From a virus (lineage: Duplodnaviria; Heunggongvirae; Uroviricota; Caudoviricetes): a stretch of DNA of 64,000 nt. Location of the stretch: IMG/VR virus record IMGVR_UViG_3300045538_000409; one strand, given 5' to 3'. The notes beneath the pieces are model-generated. The model was given only the letters and a program-made list of their open reading frames with translations, ran no database searches and was not told where the DNA came from. Below are positions 45,581-53,278 of this stretch, piece after piece (position 1 is the stretch's first letter; each line of letters opens with the position of its first letter). Position numbers and translations under genes: made by a program.

Positions 45581-46405
45581 ATGAAAAAAAATCAAACGAT
45601 TATCGGACAAGAATTATTAACAAATGAAATTAATAGAATATTCGAGATATTTAAAGCCTCGGAATGTTCAGTTAGACCACATTTTATCCTAACTGGGTCA
45701 TCTGGTAGTGGTAAATCATTTACAATTAAAAACATGGCGTTAAAACACGAATTAGGGTTTTTTGAGGTTAATGCGGCACAGTTAACAAAAGAAGGTACTT
45801 CAGGAAACAGTTTATCAAAAGCATTAACACCATTAATGCAATTAGGTGGTAAACCTTGTATTGTATTTGTTGATGAATTTGACAAATTATTTATTAGTGG
45901 TAATTCTAATGATAGTTCAGCACATGAAAGCACTACTGGCGTTCAAAATGAATTCCTAAAGGTATTAGAATCGGATACTTGTAGTGTATTTGGTGATTAT
46001 GGAAAATATGTTAATGTACCATCAGAAAATGTATTATTTGTATTTGCTGGTGCGTTTAATGGTGAACAGGATTTAACGATAGATAGACTTAGAGAAATTG
46101 GACTTAAAACAGAGTTCTTAGGTCGAGTTGGTTTAGTTTATAACACAAAAGAGTTAACGCTTGAAGATTTATATCAAATTATTGATAATTCAGAATTATT
46201 AAAAAATTACCTATCATTATTCAAAGCTGTTAATCGTGAAGATGTATTAACTAAAGTTAAAAAAGTTGTAAAGGATAATTATGAAATGAATACACTCGGT
46301 GCCAGGTTGATAAATACCTTAATTCACCAGTACTTTATTAAAGGAGGTAAATTAGGTGACGAAGAAATTAAAGAAATAACATTCCAAAGGGAATTAAGTT
46401 TTTAA
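45581..46405 (+). CDS. ClpX-like AAA+ ATPase lacking the N-terminal zinc-binding domain
   Basis: Walker A ILTGSSGSGKSF and Walker B CIVFVDEFDKLF. The sensor region EFLGRVGLVYNTKELTLEDLYQII parallels ClpX [25 protein letters not shown]. Confidence 0.65.
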   Translation: MKKNQTIIGQELLTNEINRIFEIFKASECSVRPHFILTGSSGSGKSFTIKNMALKHELGFFEVNAAQLTKEGTSGNSLSKALTPLMQLGGKPCIVFVDEFDKLFISGNSNDSSAHESTTGVQNEFLKVLESDTCSVFGDYGKYVNVPSENVLFVFAGAFNGEQDLTIDRLREIGLKTEFLGRVGLVYNTKELTLEDLYQIIDNSELLKNYLSLFKAVNREDVLTKVKKVVKDNYEMNTLGARLINTLIHQYFIKGGKLGDEEIKEITFQRELSF

Positions 46406-46447
46406 TTTCAAAAAAATAAATAAAACTTGACAATTTAAATAACTTTT

Positions 46448-46457
46448 GCTATATTTG
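46448..46457 (+). promoter_or_regulatory. promoter motif TGCTATATTTG upstream of small MKTIN ORF and the tRNA cluster
   Basis: Recurrent motif. Confidence 0.4.
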
Positions 46458-46585
46458 TGTATATTTATTAAAACAATGAAAACAATTAACAACATATCAA
46501 TCCTTTTATCATGTTTAGTGGTGCTATTATGTACGACCGAATTAGGTATTGTTGTTAGTTAAGTAATAAAAACATAAAAAACAAT

Positions 46586-46618
46586 AAACCCTGGTTCGGA
46601 AACGTTCCAGGGTTTTTT
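46586..46618 (+). terminator. intrinsic terminator preceding tRNA-Cys
   Basis: CCCTGG-TTCGGAAACGTT-CCAGGGTTTTTT. Confidence 0.65.
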
Positions 46619-46627
46619 ATTCTCAAT

Positions 46628-46701
46628 GGTTGGATGTCCGAGCGGTTAAGGTAGGTATTTGCAAAGTATCTTTTTCGGGGGTTCGAATCCCTCTCCAACC
46701 T
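46628..46701 (+). tRNA. tRNA-Cys (anticodon GCA)
   Basis: Acceptor GGTTGGA/TCCAACC is perfect. Anticodon stem GGTAT/GTATC with loop TTGCAAA. T-arm GGGGG-TTCGAAT-CCCTC. D-loop AGCGGTTA as in bacterial tRNA-Cys, but the D-stem is weak. Confidence 0.6.
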
Positions 46702-46836
46702 CAATATAAAATAAAAATGGAACCAAAAGATATTAGAGAAAGAATAATTAAAGAATGGTTAGAAAATGAAATAATTAATATAGATGATATTATTATTGAT
46801 GAAATTCAACCCTTCACTAAGTGAAAAAATAAATAT

Positions 46837-46908
46837 GGTGGTAGCCCAACAGGTAGAGGTATCAAGCTTAAACCTTGTACAGTGCGGGTTCGAATCCCGC
46901 TCACCACA
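46837..46908 (+). tRNA. tRNA-like element / possible pseudo-tRNA (anticodon undetermined)
   Basis: Perfect T-arm GCGGG-TTCGAAT-CCCGC and a D-loop-like AACAGGTAGA. The acceptor (TGGTGGT vs CTCACCA) and the D/anticodon stems cannot be folded canonically. Confidence 0.35.
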
Positions 46909-46913
46909 CACAC

Positions 46914-46995
46914 GCCGACATGATGAAATGGAAGCCATGCATGTCTTAGAAACATGTTCTCTTAGAGAGTGCGGGTTCAAATCCCGCTGTCGGTA
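46914..46995 (+). tRNA. tRNA-Leu (anticodon TAG), type II
   Basis: Acceptor GCCGACA/TGTCGGT. Anticodon arm CATGT-CTTAGAA-ACATG. Long variable arm TCTC-TTAG-AGAG. T-arm GCGGG-TTCAAAT-CCCGC. Confidence 0.85.
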
Positions 46996-47009
46996 CTAAA
47001 TTTATATAT

Positions 47010-47390
47010 ATGTACAATTTATTTTTGGATGACGAAAGATTCCCAACAAGAGCTCAATCACTCATTGAGTTTGATAAAGAATTATACACTGACGATTCTA
47101 ATTGGGTGATAGTTAGAGACTACTCAGAGTTCATAAATTATATTAGCGATAATGGGCTACCAGAAATGGTTTCTTTTGACCACGATTTAGCTGATATTAA
47201 ATACGTTATGGGCAAATCATCTTTTTCTTTTAAGGAACACACAGGATATGATTGCGCAAAGTGGTTAGTAGAATATTGTTCAACCAATAATTTAAAGTTA
47301 CCCAAATACCAAGTACATTCAGCCAATCCAATTGGAAAGGTTAATATACAAAGTTATTTAGAAAATGCTAAAAAACATATCGGATTATGA
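47010..47390 (+). CDS. hypothetical protein
   Basis: 126-aa ORF between tRNA genes. Confidence 0.45.
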   Translation: MYNLFLDDERFPTRAQSLIEFDKELYTDDSNWVIVRDYSEFINYISDNGLPEMVSFDHDLADIKYVMGKSSFSFKEHTGYDCAKWLVEYCSTNNLKLPKYQVHSANPIGKVNIQSYLENAKKHIGL

Positions 47391-47404
47391 CATTCTCCCA
47401 TGGT

Positions 47405-47785
47405 CTAAAGAACCATGGGTTTCTCAATAAGAGATGATTTATTCATTAGATTGAATCTATGAATCACACTGTATTTATCCAGTGGCTGTGTCATTGCAGC
47501 AAGATGGTTGTTAAAGTGTCTTTCTAATATATTAATAGACGCATTTAAATCTCCATCTATTTCTATATCATTACTTAATTTAACTGTCCTATCACTTAAA
47601 GTTATTTTATCTTTAAATTGTTTACCAGTTAAACAATTTAATTGTGTGGTATATGATTCATTTATCTTTATAATATCTGTTTTAAACATATAAGATTTAT
47701 ATTTTAACATATTCACAAACATGGATATATTACTCTGATGAAATGATTTATTTAATCCATTATATTTGCCATCACCACTACTCAT
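47405..47785 (-). CDS. hypothetical protein (minus strand)
   Basis: 126-aa ORF. Confidence 0.45.
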   Translation of the reverse strand: MSSGDGKYNGLNKSFHQSNISMFVNMLKYKSYMFKTDIIKINESYTTQLNCLTGKQFKDKITLSDRTVKLSNDIEIDGDLNASINILERHFNNHLAAMTQPLDKYSVIHRFNLMNKSSLIEKPMVL

Positions 47786-47851
47786 TAACTTTTTGACTTA
47801 TAATCAAAAACAGTTGGTTCAAACCCAACACTTTAAATGCCATCCTGTATT

Positions 47852-47935
47852 TGCTAGTGTGGTGGAATTGGTAGACACACCGTCCTAAGGAGGCGGTGCT
47901 CGAAAGAGCGTGAGGGTTCGAGTCCCTCCATTAGT
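47852..47935 (+). tRNA. tRNA-Leu (anticodon AAG), type II
   Basis: Acceptor GCTAGTG/CATTAGT (two G-U pairs). Anticodon arm CCGTC-CTAAGGA-GGCGG. Variable arm GCTC-GAAA-GAGC. T-arm GAGGG-TTCGAGT-CCCTC. An A34 anticodon is unusual. Confidence 0.7.
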
Positions 47936-48118
47936 ACAGTTTTAAAAGTAGTGATTAACTATCCTTGGCCAACATTAGGCTTCTTATAATTCTTAGAAGT
48001 CTTACACTTAGAAGATTTCTTTTTTGGAATGAACTCCAGGTCTACTCTTTTTAGGTTTATCCAATTTGATTGATACTGCTGCTGATTTTGCCATAACTTT
48101 GTTGTTTTTAAATAAATA

Positions 48119-48739
48119 TTATTTTTTGTGTTCTATTTCTTGCGGGACATCGATAAATGGTTTTGACATTTTATCTGAACTACTAAAATCTTTATCAATA
48201 ACTTTATTAGCTGCTTTTTTAACATCTTCCCACAATTCTTCAACGACCAATACTATATCACCATTCTTTACCTCTAAATGTTTAAGGTTAAATTCCTTAG
48301 CTTCCTTAGCATGTGTTAAACCAACACCATCTTTAGGTTTAAGCATATTCAACATTCCATTTCTAAGTTTATCGTATAAGTTAGTGTCTTTATACTCTGA
48401 AGGCATTAACTCATTAATACATCTATTAAAATCAACACTACCATTTTCATTTTTAGTGAATGTTTTATCATCAGATATACACTTACCTAGAAAATCAATT
48501 GCTATTGGTATAAATATAAACGAGAAATAATAACTTTTATCCTTTACTATATTATCCATACTACCCAAGATAATATCTTTAATCATTTCTTTTGGGTAAT
48601 GATGTTTATCTTTAAATGATTCATTTTCATTTAAACTATTGGTAATTTGCTTGAACCTCTTAAGTTCCTCATTTAGATTATGCATGGTTAATTTATTTAT
48701 AAATAGGTAAAATTTTAAATAAATATTAAAAAAAATCAA
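48119..48739 (-). CDS. hypothetical protein (minus strand)
   Basis: 206-aa ORF. The antisense track ORF 48066..48530 is rejected. Confidence 0.5.
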   Translation of the reverse strand: MIFFNIYLKFYLFINKLTMHNLNEELKRFKQITNSLNENESFKDKHHYPKEMIKDIILGSMDNIVKDKSYYFSFIFIPIAIDFLGKCISDDKTFTKNENGSVDFNRCINELMPSEYKDTNLYDKLRNGMLNMLKPKDGVGLTHAKEAKEFNLKHLEVKNGDIVLVVEELWEDVKKAANKVIDKDFSSSDKMSKPFIDVPQEIEHKK

Positions 48740-48807
48740 AAAAATGTTGCATATACCATTAATTAATAATATATTTGTTTATATTAAAAATCTAAAAATA
48801 AAAAATT

Positions 48808-49164
48808 ATGTTTACATTAAAAGGAAAATTAATCGTTAAGGGTGAAGAACAACAAATTAGCGAAAAATTTAAAAAAAGAGAATTCATTATCCAAGATAAT
48901 GATGACCAGTACCCACAAGTTATCTCTTTTCAATTAACACAAGACAAGTGCTCTTTAATTGATACGTTAGTATTAAATGAAGAAGTTACAGTTTACTTTA
49001 ACGTAAGGGGTAGAGAATGGACATCACCTAAAGATGGACAAACAAAATACTTCAACACACTTGAAGCTTGGAAAGTATTAAAAGATGGTCAAGAACAAAT
49101 TAACATACCAAAAGCAAGTAAAGCTATGGCTAATGTTGAAGTTGATGATGACTTACCATTTTAA
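48808..49164 (+). CDS. hypothetical protein, resembles Bacteroidetes DUF3127-like small OB-fold proteins
   Basis: MFTLKGKLIVKGEEQQISEKFKKREFIIQ...VISFQLTQDKCSLID...VYFNVRGREW; family recalled from memory only. Confidence 0.4.
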   Translation: MFTLKGKLIVKGEEQQISEKFKKREFIIQDNDDQYPQVISFQLTQDKCSLIDTLVLNEEVTVYFNVRGREWTSPKDGQTKYFNTLEAWKVLKDGQEQINIPKASKAMANVEVDDDLPF

Positions 49165-49312
49165 CGACAAGTAATAACATAATGGGTTTAGAATATTCTA
49201 AACCCATTATTATTAATAAATGGATGGTATGTTTAAAAATAATTAGAGGTATTTAGTGAAATTTAAATATGTAGATAGTTGCATAATTAAAATAATTTTG
49301 ATATATTTGCAT

Positions 49313-49834
49313 ATGGATATTAAAAAGTATAAAAATTTAAACGGTGTTTCATTTATGACACTACCTCAATATCGAGATGATAGGGGGTTTTTCACACCAT
49401 TTACAAATTTCACTTCCTTATTAGAGGGGCCTATTGTTCAAATGAACACATCCTTATCATATAAGGGTGTTTTGAGAGGTATGCACCATCAAATAAATAA
49501 ACCACAAGGTAAGTTAGTTACATGTGTTAGTGGTTGCGTTTTGGACATGGTATATGATAATAGAAAGGAATCGTTAACTTATGGCGAATCTGGTGTGTTC
49601 TTATTAGACAGTCCAAATAAATTCTTATATGTTCCAAGAGGTTATTTACATGGATTTATTTCTCTAGCTGATGATTCAATATTTCAATATTACATTGATA
49701 ATGAATACGACCCAAAAGATGAAGAAACTGTTAGTTGGAAAATAATGGAAGGAACAATTCCATGGGACATATTACACAATGTATATTCAATCACAAAAGA
49801 TAATCTTATCATTTCAGATAAAGATAATATTTAA
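49313..49834 (+). CDS. dTDP-4-dehydrorhamnose 3,5-epimerase-like cupin (RmlC family)
   Basis: RGMHHQ...PQGKLVTCVSGCVLDMVYDNR...YGESGVFLL...LYVPRGYLHGFISL...QYYIDNEYDPKDE matches the RmlC signature RG(L)H(F/Y)Q...KLVRCV.G...D.R...G.W.GV.L...L.IP.G.AHGF. Confidence 0.75.
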   Translation: MDIKKYKNLNGVSFMTLPQYRDDRGFFTPFTNFTSLLEGPIVQMNTSLSYKGVLRGMHHQINKPQGKLVTCVSGCVLDMVYDNRKESLTYGESGVFLLDSPNKFLYVPRGYLHGFISLADDSIFQYYIDNEYDPKDEETVSWKIMEGTIPWDILHNVYSITKDNLIISDKDNI

Positions 49835-49859
49835 AATTTAATTACATAATTAAAAAAAT

Positions 49860-50258
49860 ATGGACAATATATTATTAAATCAATTAATTAAAGCGTATAA
49901 GCAACACGGTAAAATTATAGTGGGTGTTGATTTTGACGACACAGTATTCCCATTCAATAAGGATGAGGAGAATGTTAATAGATGTGCTAGAGTGGTTGAA
50001 CTATTAAAAATTAATAGAGATATCATTACAATATGTTTATTTAGTGTGGCTGATAAACAATCTTTAATATATAAAGAACACATTATGGACTTATACGGTA
50101 TCAAACCAGACTATATAAATGAATCACCTATTGTTAAATGGGGGGTATGTAATAAACCTTATTTCAATATTCAATTAGATGATAAAGCTGGTTTAAATGA
50201 GGCACTTGAAACTATTAGAGAATTTTTCAGATATGTTTCTATATTAATAAACGATTAA
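49860..50258 (+). CDS. hypothetical small HAD-like protein
   Basis: IIVGVDFDDTVFPF resembles HAD motif I. Only 132 aa. Confidence 0.4.
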   Translation: MDNILLNQLIKAYKQHGKIIVGVDFDDTVFPFNKDEENVNRCARVVELLKINRDIITICLFSVADKQSLIYKEHIMDLYGIKPDYINESPIVKWGVCNKPYFNIQLDDKAGLNEALETIREFFRYVSILIND

Positions 50259-50291
50259 TATTATTAAATACTTGTATAAATAAAAAAATAT

Positions 50292-50302
50292 TAGTATATT
50301 TG
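50292..50302 (+). promoter_or_regulatory. promoter motif TAGTATATTTG driving the ncRNA cluster A-B-C
   Basis: Exact 11-mer 16 nt upstream of element A. No protein start follows. Confidence 0.5.
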
Positions 50303-50318
50303 TAAAAGGTTTTATAAA

Positions 50319-50449
50319 AGAATAGTTACAGCAAATTTTAACTTATTTGAACCGCTATACTGTAGGTTCAAGTCCTACCCTCCCAACTAATTTTACAATG
50401 GGAGGTGGTGAAATTGGTAAACACGGTGGTAAAGTTTAAACGCTATTCT
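50319..50449 (+). ncRNA. stem-closed ncRNA element A with circularly permuted tRNA-like module (YrlA/Y-RNA-like architecture)
   Basis: Promoter motif TAGTATATTTG at 50292-50302. Closing helix AGAATAG (50319-25) / CTATTCT (50443-49). Inside are a T-arm GTAGG-TTCAAGT-CCTAC (50362-78), acceptor 3' strand CCTCCCA (50379-85), a 13-nt loop, acceptor 5' strand TGGGAGG (50399-405), and a D-arm TG-GTG-AAATTGGTAAA-CAC closely similar to the D-arm of tRNA-Leu(AAG). Confidence 0.6.
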
Positions 50450-50484
50450 GTTAAAATCTTAGTACAAGAAATTAAAAAAATTAA

Positions 50485-50545
50485 AGAGTGGTTTCAGCAA
50501 ACTTTTATACTCAAACTTTTACTTTGAACCTATAAACGCCACTCT
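50485..50545 (+). ncRNA. stem-closed ncRNA element B
   Basis: Closing helix AGAGTGG/CCACTCT enclosing TTTCAGCAAACTTTTATACTCAAACTTTTACTTTGAACCTATAAACG. Shares the CAGCAAA-TTTTA and TTTGAACC motifs with element A. Confidence 0.45.
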
Positions 50546-50559
50546 GAAAATATTAGACT

Positions 50560-50678
50560 AAGTGAAGCCTCTTCCGAAAGGAACGTAACTTAGTTAGGGA
50601 ATATAGCTCAATGGTAGAGTAACTGGCGTGTCAAGCCAGAGGATGGTGTGTTCAATTCCACCTATTTCCACTTCACTT
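50560..50678 (+). ncRNA. stem-closed ncRNA element C containing tRNA-Asp-like module
   Basis: 8-bp closing helix AAGTGAAG (50560-67) / CTTCACTT (50671-78). An internal hairpin CTTCCGAAAGGAAC is followed by the tRNA-Asp(GTC)-like module 50597-50670. Confidence 0.5.
50597..50670 (+). tRNA. tRNA-Asp(GTC)-like module embedded in stem-closed element C; T-arm non-canonical
   Basis: Acceptor GGGAATA/TATTTCC. D-arm GCTC-AATGGTA-GAGT. Anticodon arm CTGGC-GTGTCAA-GCCAG. The T region GGTG-TGTTCAATTC-CACC has a 4-bp stem and a 10-nt loop. Confidence 0.5.
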
Positions 50679-50693
50679 AATAATATAAAAAAT

Positions 50694-50918
50694 ATGGATT
50701 TACAAGATTTCAGAACCGTACATAGAGTACACGCTGATAGTCAGCTAGTTATTCAATGGTACGCCTATAAAGCAAAAGGCGAATATAAAACTTGGGTTAG
50801 TCAAGCTTTTGCGTCCGCTTCCAACGAAGATAAACAAAAAATAATCGATAAATGGATAACTAATCACCCAAATAAACCTAAGTCTTGGGTTTGGATTATA
50901 ACAAAAATAACAGATTAA
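50694..50918 (+). CDS. hypothetical protein
   Basis: Track ORF 50628..50918 overlaps the tRNA-Asp-like element, so the internal start MDLQDF was chosen. Confidence 0.4.
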   Translation: MDLQDFRTVHRVHADSQLVIQWYAYKAKGEYKTWVSQAFASASNEDKQKIIDKWITNHPNKPKSWVWIITKITD

Positions 50919-50954
50919 CGAGATTTTATTATAAAATAAAAAAAATGTGTAACT

Positions 50955-51422
50955 ATGGGAAATAATTTTGATGATTTATTTAATGAGTTTTTTGGTAATA
51001 ATAAACGAAAAAGAAAGAAAATTAATAAGGGTATTATGAATAATTTTTATGACGATATAAAAAATACATTAAACCTTAATAATGATGTTGATGCAACTCA
51101 AGATTTAATTAATAAATTAAATTCATTTGTTGAAGATTTAAATAATGAAGACTTTGCTAACCCTTATGGAGAAAAATTAGGTGAGCCAGATGTTATTGAA
51201 AATTACGAAAAAGATGGACTTCATTTTGAAAAGAAAATATGGAATCTTGAACATGGTCAAATGATAAAAATTAATATGTTGTCAACACCATTTGAGTCGA
51301 ATATTAAAACTAATAATGTCTTATCTCTTGAAAAACAATTGGAATTAGCTTTAAATGAAGAGCGATATGAAGACGCCACAAAGTTAAGAGATGAAATTAA
51401 ATCTAACAAAAAAAGTAAATAA
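50955..51422 (+). CDS. UVR-domain-containing protein
   Basis: C-terminal LEKQLELALNEERYEDATKLRDEI matches the UvrB/UvrC-type UVR motif. Confidence 0.5.
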   Translation: MGNNFDDLFNEFFGNNKRKRKKINKGIMNNFYDDIKNTLNLNNDVDATQDLINKLNSFVEDLNNEDFANPYGEKLGEPDVIENYEKDGLHFEKKIWNLEHGQMIKINMLSTPFESNIKTNNVLSLEKQLELALNEERYEDATKLRDEIKSNKKSK

Positions 51423-51486
51423 TAATTACATTATTCACTAACTTAAATGGACAATCCTTGAGTAAGGTCCTAAACTCTCTGGGGCC

Positions 51487-51593
51487 AGGAAGAAAAACAT
51501 TTGGTAATGTCTATGCAAATAGCTTATAGCCGAGGACTACAAGATAGTTACAGCTCACAAAACTAAGGTGTGAGTTCGATTCTCACTTCTTCC
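51487..51593 (+). tRNA. over-long (107 nt) tRNA-like element with ~36-nt internal insertion
   Basis: Acceptor GGAAGAA/TTCTTCC is perfect. D-arm ACAT-TTGGTA-ATGT. T-arm GTGAG-TTCGATT-CTCAC. The 59-nt central region has no canonical anticodon arm and carries the motif ATAGTTACAGC shared with element A at 50322. Confidence 0.4.
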
Positions 51594-51616
51594 ACTAACA
51601 ATAAAAACTATAAAAT

Positions 51617-51925
51617 ATGAAAATAAAACTTATTAACCAGGACGAACATTTAGTTGAATATGTTATAAAAGAAAAAAAGACTAAAGAAGGGAATAGAAAG
51701 ATGCTTTTAAAAACATCTAAGTCTGATATTTGGGTTGATTTTGCAAAAAATAAAAAACAAGTTGAAATTATTGAGATAGGTGATGATTTTTTAATCAAGA
51801 TACAGGACAAACCTGATATGATTTTAGATGCATCTCAATTACAGGTGTTACAATTACTATTAAATAATTTTGTATTAGAAACAGATAATTTTTCACCTGG
51901 TTACGAAAGACTAATAAAAAAATAA
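51617..51925 (+). CDS. hypothetical protein
   Basis: 102-aa ORF. Confidence 0.4.
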   Translation: MKIKLINQDEHLVEYVIKEKKTKEGNRKMLLKTSKSDIWVDFAKNKKQVEIIEIGDDFLIKIQDKPDMILDASQLQVLQLLLNNFVLETDNFSPGYERLIKK

Positions 51926-51930
51926 AGATT

Positions 51931-52284
51931 ATGAGTGGCGGAAAATGGGACTACAATCAATATAGGTTCACTGAAGTAATTGACGACATTAAAGAGTTAA
52001 TATCTAAGAACGGTCAAAAGAAAACTGAAGAAGAATTAAGACTTGAATATTGGAATGATAAGGAATGGTATGAAAAACATCCAGAAGGATTATATCATCA
52101 TAAGTATCCTGATGAGGTTATAGAAAAATTCAAAGAAGGTGTTGATATTATAGAAAAAGCACAAATATTTATGCAGAGGTTTGACTGGCTTCTATGTCAT
52201 GATGATAGTGAAGAAAGCTTTATAAACCGCTTGGAAGAAGAATTAAATGAATTAAAAATAAAAAATGAAAAGGTTTCAACATAG
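51931..52284 (+). CDS. hypothetical protein
   Basis: 117-aa ORF. Confidence 0.4.
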   Translation: MSGGKWDYNQYRFTEVIDDIKELISKNGQKKTEEELRLEYWNDKEWYEKHPEGLYHHKYPDEVIEKFKEGVDIIEKAQIFMQRFDWLLCHDDSEESFINRLEEELNELKIKNEKVST

Positions 52285-52639
52285 TAATTGGTTAGTTAAA
52301 TTATGGAGATATAGACATTATTTATATATTCCATTTAAATGGTTATGGTATAAGTATATAAAACCATTTGAAGTTATTAATGATACAACCTTAAAGAAGG
52401 AAGAAATTAATACTATTAGATTTAGAAAATTAATTAAGAAATATGGAATAAAAAAAACTATATTTTATTTTTTTAAAGGTAAATTAAAATGTGAATTATG
52501 GAGTGTACTTATCGGTATGGCACAAAGTGATATGGCATGGTTTTATACGTGGGATGAAGTTAAAGATAGATTTGGAATATTAGATGATGATGTTATTGAT
52601 GATGTTGATGATAATATAGGTTGGAGAGGAATTGATTAA
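52265..52639 (+). CDS. hypothetical protein
   Basis: 124-aa ORF. Confidence 0.4.
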   Translation: MKRFQHSNWLVKLWRYRHYLYIPFKWLWYKYIKPFEVINDTTLKKEEINTIRFRKLIKKYGIKKTIFYFFKGKLKCELWSVLIGMAQSDMAWFYTWDEVKDRFGILDDDVIDDVDDNIGWRGID

Positions 52640-52689
52640 AAATAAATAACCTGATGGTCAATAAGTTATAAAAAAAATATAAAAAAGAC

Positions 52690-52720
52690 TTGATAATTAA
52701 AAACATTTACAGTATATTTG
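52690..52720 (+). promoter_or_regulatory. promoter (TTGATAA ... CAGTATATTTG) upstream of small ORF and tRNA cluster
   Basis: TTG at 52690 and TATATTTG at 52713-20. Confidence 0.4.
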
Positions 52721-52882
52721 CATATATATTAAAAAGAAAACAATTAAAATAAAATAAAATGAACTTAGTAGTTAGTACATATCAGACGAAACAGAACAAG
52801 CAAGGCGGGAAGCCGAGTGGAAGGGGTTTGCTATGTGTATTCGATAGTCTTTAATAGGAATTATAAATACAAAAAACATTAC

Positions 52883-52916
52883 AAACCCTTAACCTAAAAA
52901 GTTAAGGGTTTTTTTA
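52883..52916 (+). terminator. intrinsic terminator
   Basis: AACCCTTAAC-CTAAAAA-GTTAAGGGTTTTTTT. Confidence 0.75.
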
Positions 52917-52976
52917 TGCTCTATTCTAAAGGAGTTAAAATTTTTAGAAATGTTATTTGAAATATTATTAAATTAT

Positions 52977-53052
52977 AGAGTGGTGGGCTAATTGACTAAG
53001 CCTCCTAGTTTGGGACTAGGACATCATCCGAGTTTGAGTCTCGGTCACTCTA
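52977..53052 (+). tRNA. tRNA-Pro (anticodon TGG)
   Basis: Acceptor AGAGTGG/TCACTCT. D-arm GGCT-AATTGACTA-AGCC. Anticodon arm CCTAG-TTTGGGA-CTAGG. T-arm CCGAG-TTTGAGT-CTCGG. D-loop lacks GG and T-loop has U56. Confidence 0.8.
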
Positions 53053-53120
53053 CTAAAGGATGAATACAGCAAATAAAAAAAAACTACATTTTGGATTGTA
53101 TAAACTTCATCCTGTTTTTT

Positions 53121-53193
53121 GCGAGAGTAGCTCAATTGATAGAGCGCCTGCCTTCCAAGCAGGGGGTTGAGGGTTTGAGCCCCTTCTCTCGCT
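53121..53193 (+). tRNA. tRNA-Gly (anticodon TCC)
   Basis: Acceptor GCGAGAG/CTCTCGC. D-arm GCTC-AATTGATA-GAGC. Anticodon arm CCTGC-CTTCCAA-GCAGG. T-arm GAGGG-TTTGAGC-CCCTT. Confidence 0.85.
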
Positions 53194-53198
53194 CACTT

Positions 53199-53271
53199 GC
53201 CTATGTAGCTCAGTTGGTAGAGCAGCTGATTTGTAATCAGCAGGTCGTGGGTTCAAGCCCCTCCATAGGCT
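53199..53271 (+). tRNA. tRNA-Thr (anticodon TGT)
   Basis: Acceptor GCCTATG/CATAGGC. D-arm GCTC-AGTTGGTA-GAGC. Anticodon arm GCTGA-TTTGTAA-TCAGC. T-loop TTCAAGC. Confidence 0.85.
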
Positions 53272-53278
53272 CACACAT

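Noticed and set aside
46837-46908. Calling this element tRNA-Leu(UAA) via the loop CTTAAAC
   Set aside because: Only a 4-bp anticodon stem can be drawn. The D-stem and acceptor stem do not pair, and the length is type-I while Leu should be type-II. Left as tRNA-like.
46759-46999. Track ORFs 46759..46980(-) and 46784..46999(+)
   Set aside because: They overlap two tRNA genes and have Cys/Arg-rich GC-skewed translations typical of tRNA sequence read as protein.
48066-48530. 154-aa + strand ORF in the track
   Set aside because: Entirely antisense to the better-supported minus-strand gene 48119..48739. It has the Ser/Leu-rich low-complexity composition typical of antisense frames in AT-rich DNA.
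49256-49312. Upstream start (49256) for the RmlC-like gene
   Set aside because: It would place the promoter-like motif TGATATATTTG (49299-49309) inside the coding region. The internal Met at 49313 gives a protein whose N-terminus aligns with the RmlC family.
50319-50449. Two-piece (permuted) tmRNA interpretation of element A
   Set aside because: The permuted tRNA-like module would fit, but no plausible tag reading frame or pseudoknot region follows the 5' acceptor strand. The element is closed by a terminal helix after only ~45 nt, and a standard one-piece tmRNA already exists at 20033. A Y-RNA-like reading fits better.
51487-51593. Group I intron-containing tRNA
   Set aside because: The insertion is only ~36 nt, far too short for a group I intron, and no P/Q/R/S core motifs are seen.
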